Virus record (IMG/VR): IMGVR_UViG_3300012921_000050
Coordinates: 1 to 52,651 of that record
Reading direction: 5' to 3' (one strand)
Source of the DNA: a virus
Lineage: Duplodnaviria; Caudoviricetes
Length of the DNA: 52,651 bases
Shown here: one piece after another, positions 52,094 through 52,651 of the stretch
Position numbering within the stretch: the stretch's first letter is position 1
How the letters are laid out: the number at the start of each line of letters is the position of its first letter
Made by a program: the position numbers and the translations under genes
Notes under the pieces: generated by a model
What the model saw: the letters and a program-made list of their open reading frames with translations, nothing else
Database searches by the model: none
What the model was told of the DNA's origin: nothing

Positions 52094-52138
52094 CTACGGA
52101 TCTGAGGGTTGGGAGTTCGAATCTCTCCGGGCGCGCCA
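52094..52138 (+). tRNA. 3' half of tRNA-Arg(ACG), forming the attR core; not a complete tRNA
   Basis: CT-ACG-GA anticodon loop, T-arm GGGAG-TTCGAAT-CTCTC, acceptor half ending CCA; no D-arm or 5' half upstream. Confidence 0.88.
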
Positions 52139-52282
52139 TTATATTCTCCGGCCTGATCCAGCCTGAAACCGCCGCGCGCTAGGGCGCGCCCTTACTCCCT
52201 TGCTTGTACTCCGCTTGCCCGCTTCGCCTTGCGGCGCGTGAGTCCCACGTTTCAACGTATCGAAGCTGACAAGGAGGTGCCG

Positions 52283-52651
52283 ATGATCCGGCTCCTGCGC
52301 GGTGTCGTGCTCGCGATGGCACTCACGCCGCTTCTCCCCGTCCTCGTGCCGGCGGCGCCGCCGCCCAATCCCGATCCGCAGCTGAGCGAGTGATTCCAGA
52401 GTTTGCGCCAGCCCGGTACGAACTCGTCGTGCTGCGATCTCTCCGACTGCCGCGCCGTGGGCACGCGCATCGGCGAGGCGGGCTACGAGGTGCTGATCAC
52501 GCCGGCCTCGTTCCCGGTGGCCGAAGATCGCTGGGTGCGCGTGCCGGCGCAGACCATCCTGCACGGCAAGGACAATCCTCTCGGGCGCGGCGTGGTCTGC
52601 TGGACGCCGGGCAAGGGCGTCATCTGCTTCGTCAAGCCGGCCGAAGCCTAG
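52283..52651 (+). pseudogene. Secreted Cys-rich protein with an in-frame TGA at 52391 (host side of attR)
   Basis: AAGGAGG RBS; signal peptide; LSE*FQSLRQPG aligns with LGPWFRSLKIPG of the phage copy. Confidence 0.7.

Larger units (their letters stand above)
1..52138. mobile_element. Lambdoid temperate prophage integrated at tRNA-Arg(ACG); attL lies just left of the window
   Basis: Gene order int-xis-early-cI/cro-replication-cos-head-tail-lysis; tRNA 3' half at the right end; matching GTTTGTGA(C/G) arm-type repeats at both ends. Confidence 0.95.

Noticed and set aside
52060-52138. Complete tRNA gene
   Set aside because: Only the anticodon loop to CCA is present. The upstream sequence cannot form the D-arm or the 5' acceptor strand.
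52391-52393. TGA as selenocysteine or genetic-code reassignment
   Set aside because: The aligned residue is Trp, not Cys, and TGA is the usual stop throughout the window.

Overview
The window is almost entirely one apparently complete lambdoid (cos-type, siphovirus-like) prophage of about 52.1 kb in a GC-rich host, probably an alphaproteobacterium (inferred from gene families). From left to right it contains: a tyrosine integrase and excisionase; a leftward early operon with an XRE regulator and a ParB-family protein that has a histone-H1-like Lys/Ala tail; a cI/cro switch with OL/OR operators; a rightward early operon (CII-like protein, adenine MTase, DUF5131, DEDDh exonuclease, primase, P-loop helicase); a lambda-like cos site; head, tail and lysis genes; and a right-end accessory region (Dam-type MTase, low-GC three-gene cassette, SRAP). 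It ends at a duplicated 3' half of tRNA-Arg(ACG), the attR. The most striking unexplained signal is the 15-bp palindrome GCGAAC(GCC/GGC)GTTCGC. It occurs 11 times (10 exact, 1 with one mismatch) along the whole prophage, almost always at gene boundaries, including just upstream of the ParA-less ParB gene and next to the attR arm repeats. This suggests a phage-wide ParB/KorB-like binding-site system. Other candidates are a TIGR04255-like + unknown + ART/RES-like defence cassette, an exonuclease fused to an Xre/MbcA/ParS antitoxin-like domain, a paralogous pair of antisense membrane morons spanned by a coupled sense ORF, and a nested domain duplication in the head decoration protein. All family calls come from motif recognition by eye; no searches were run.
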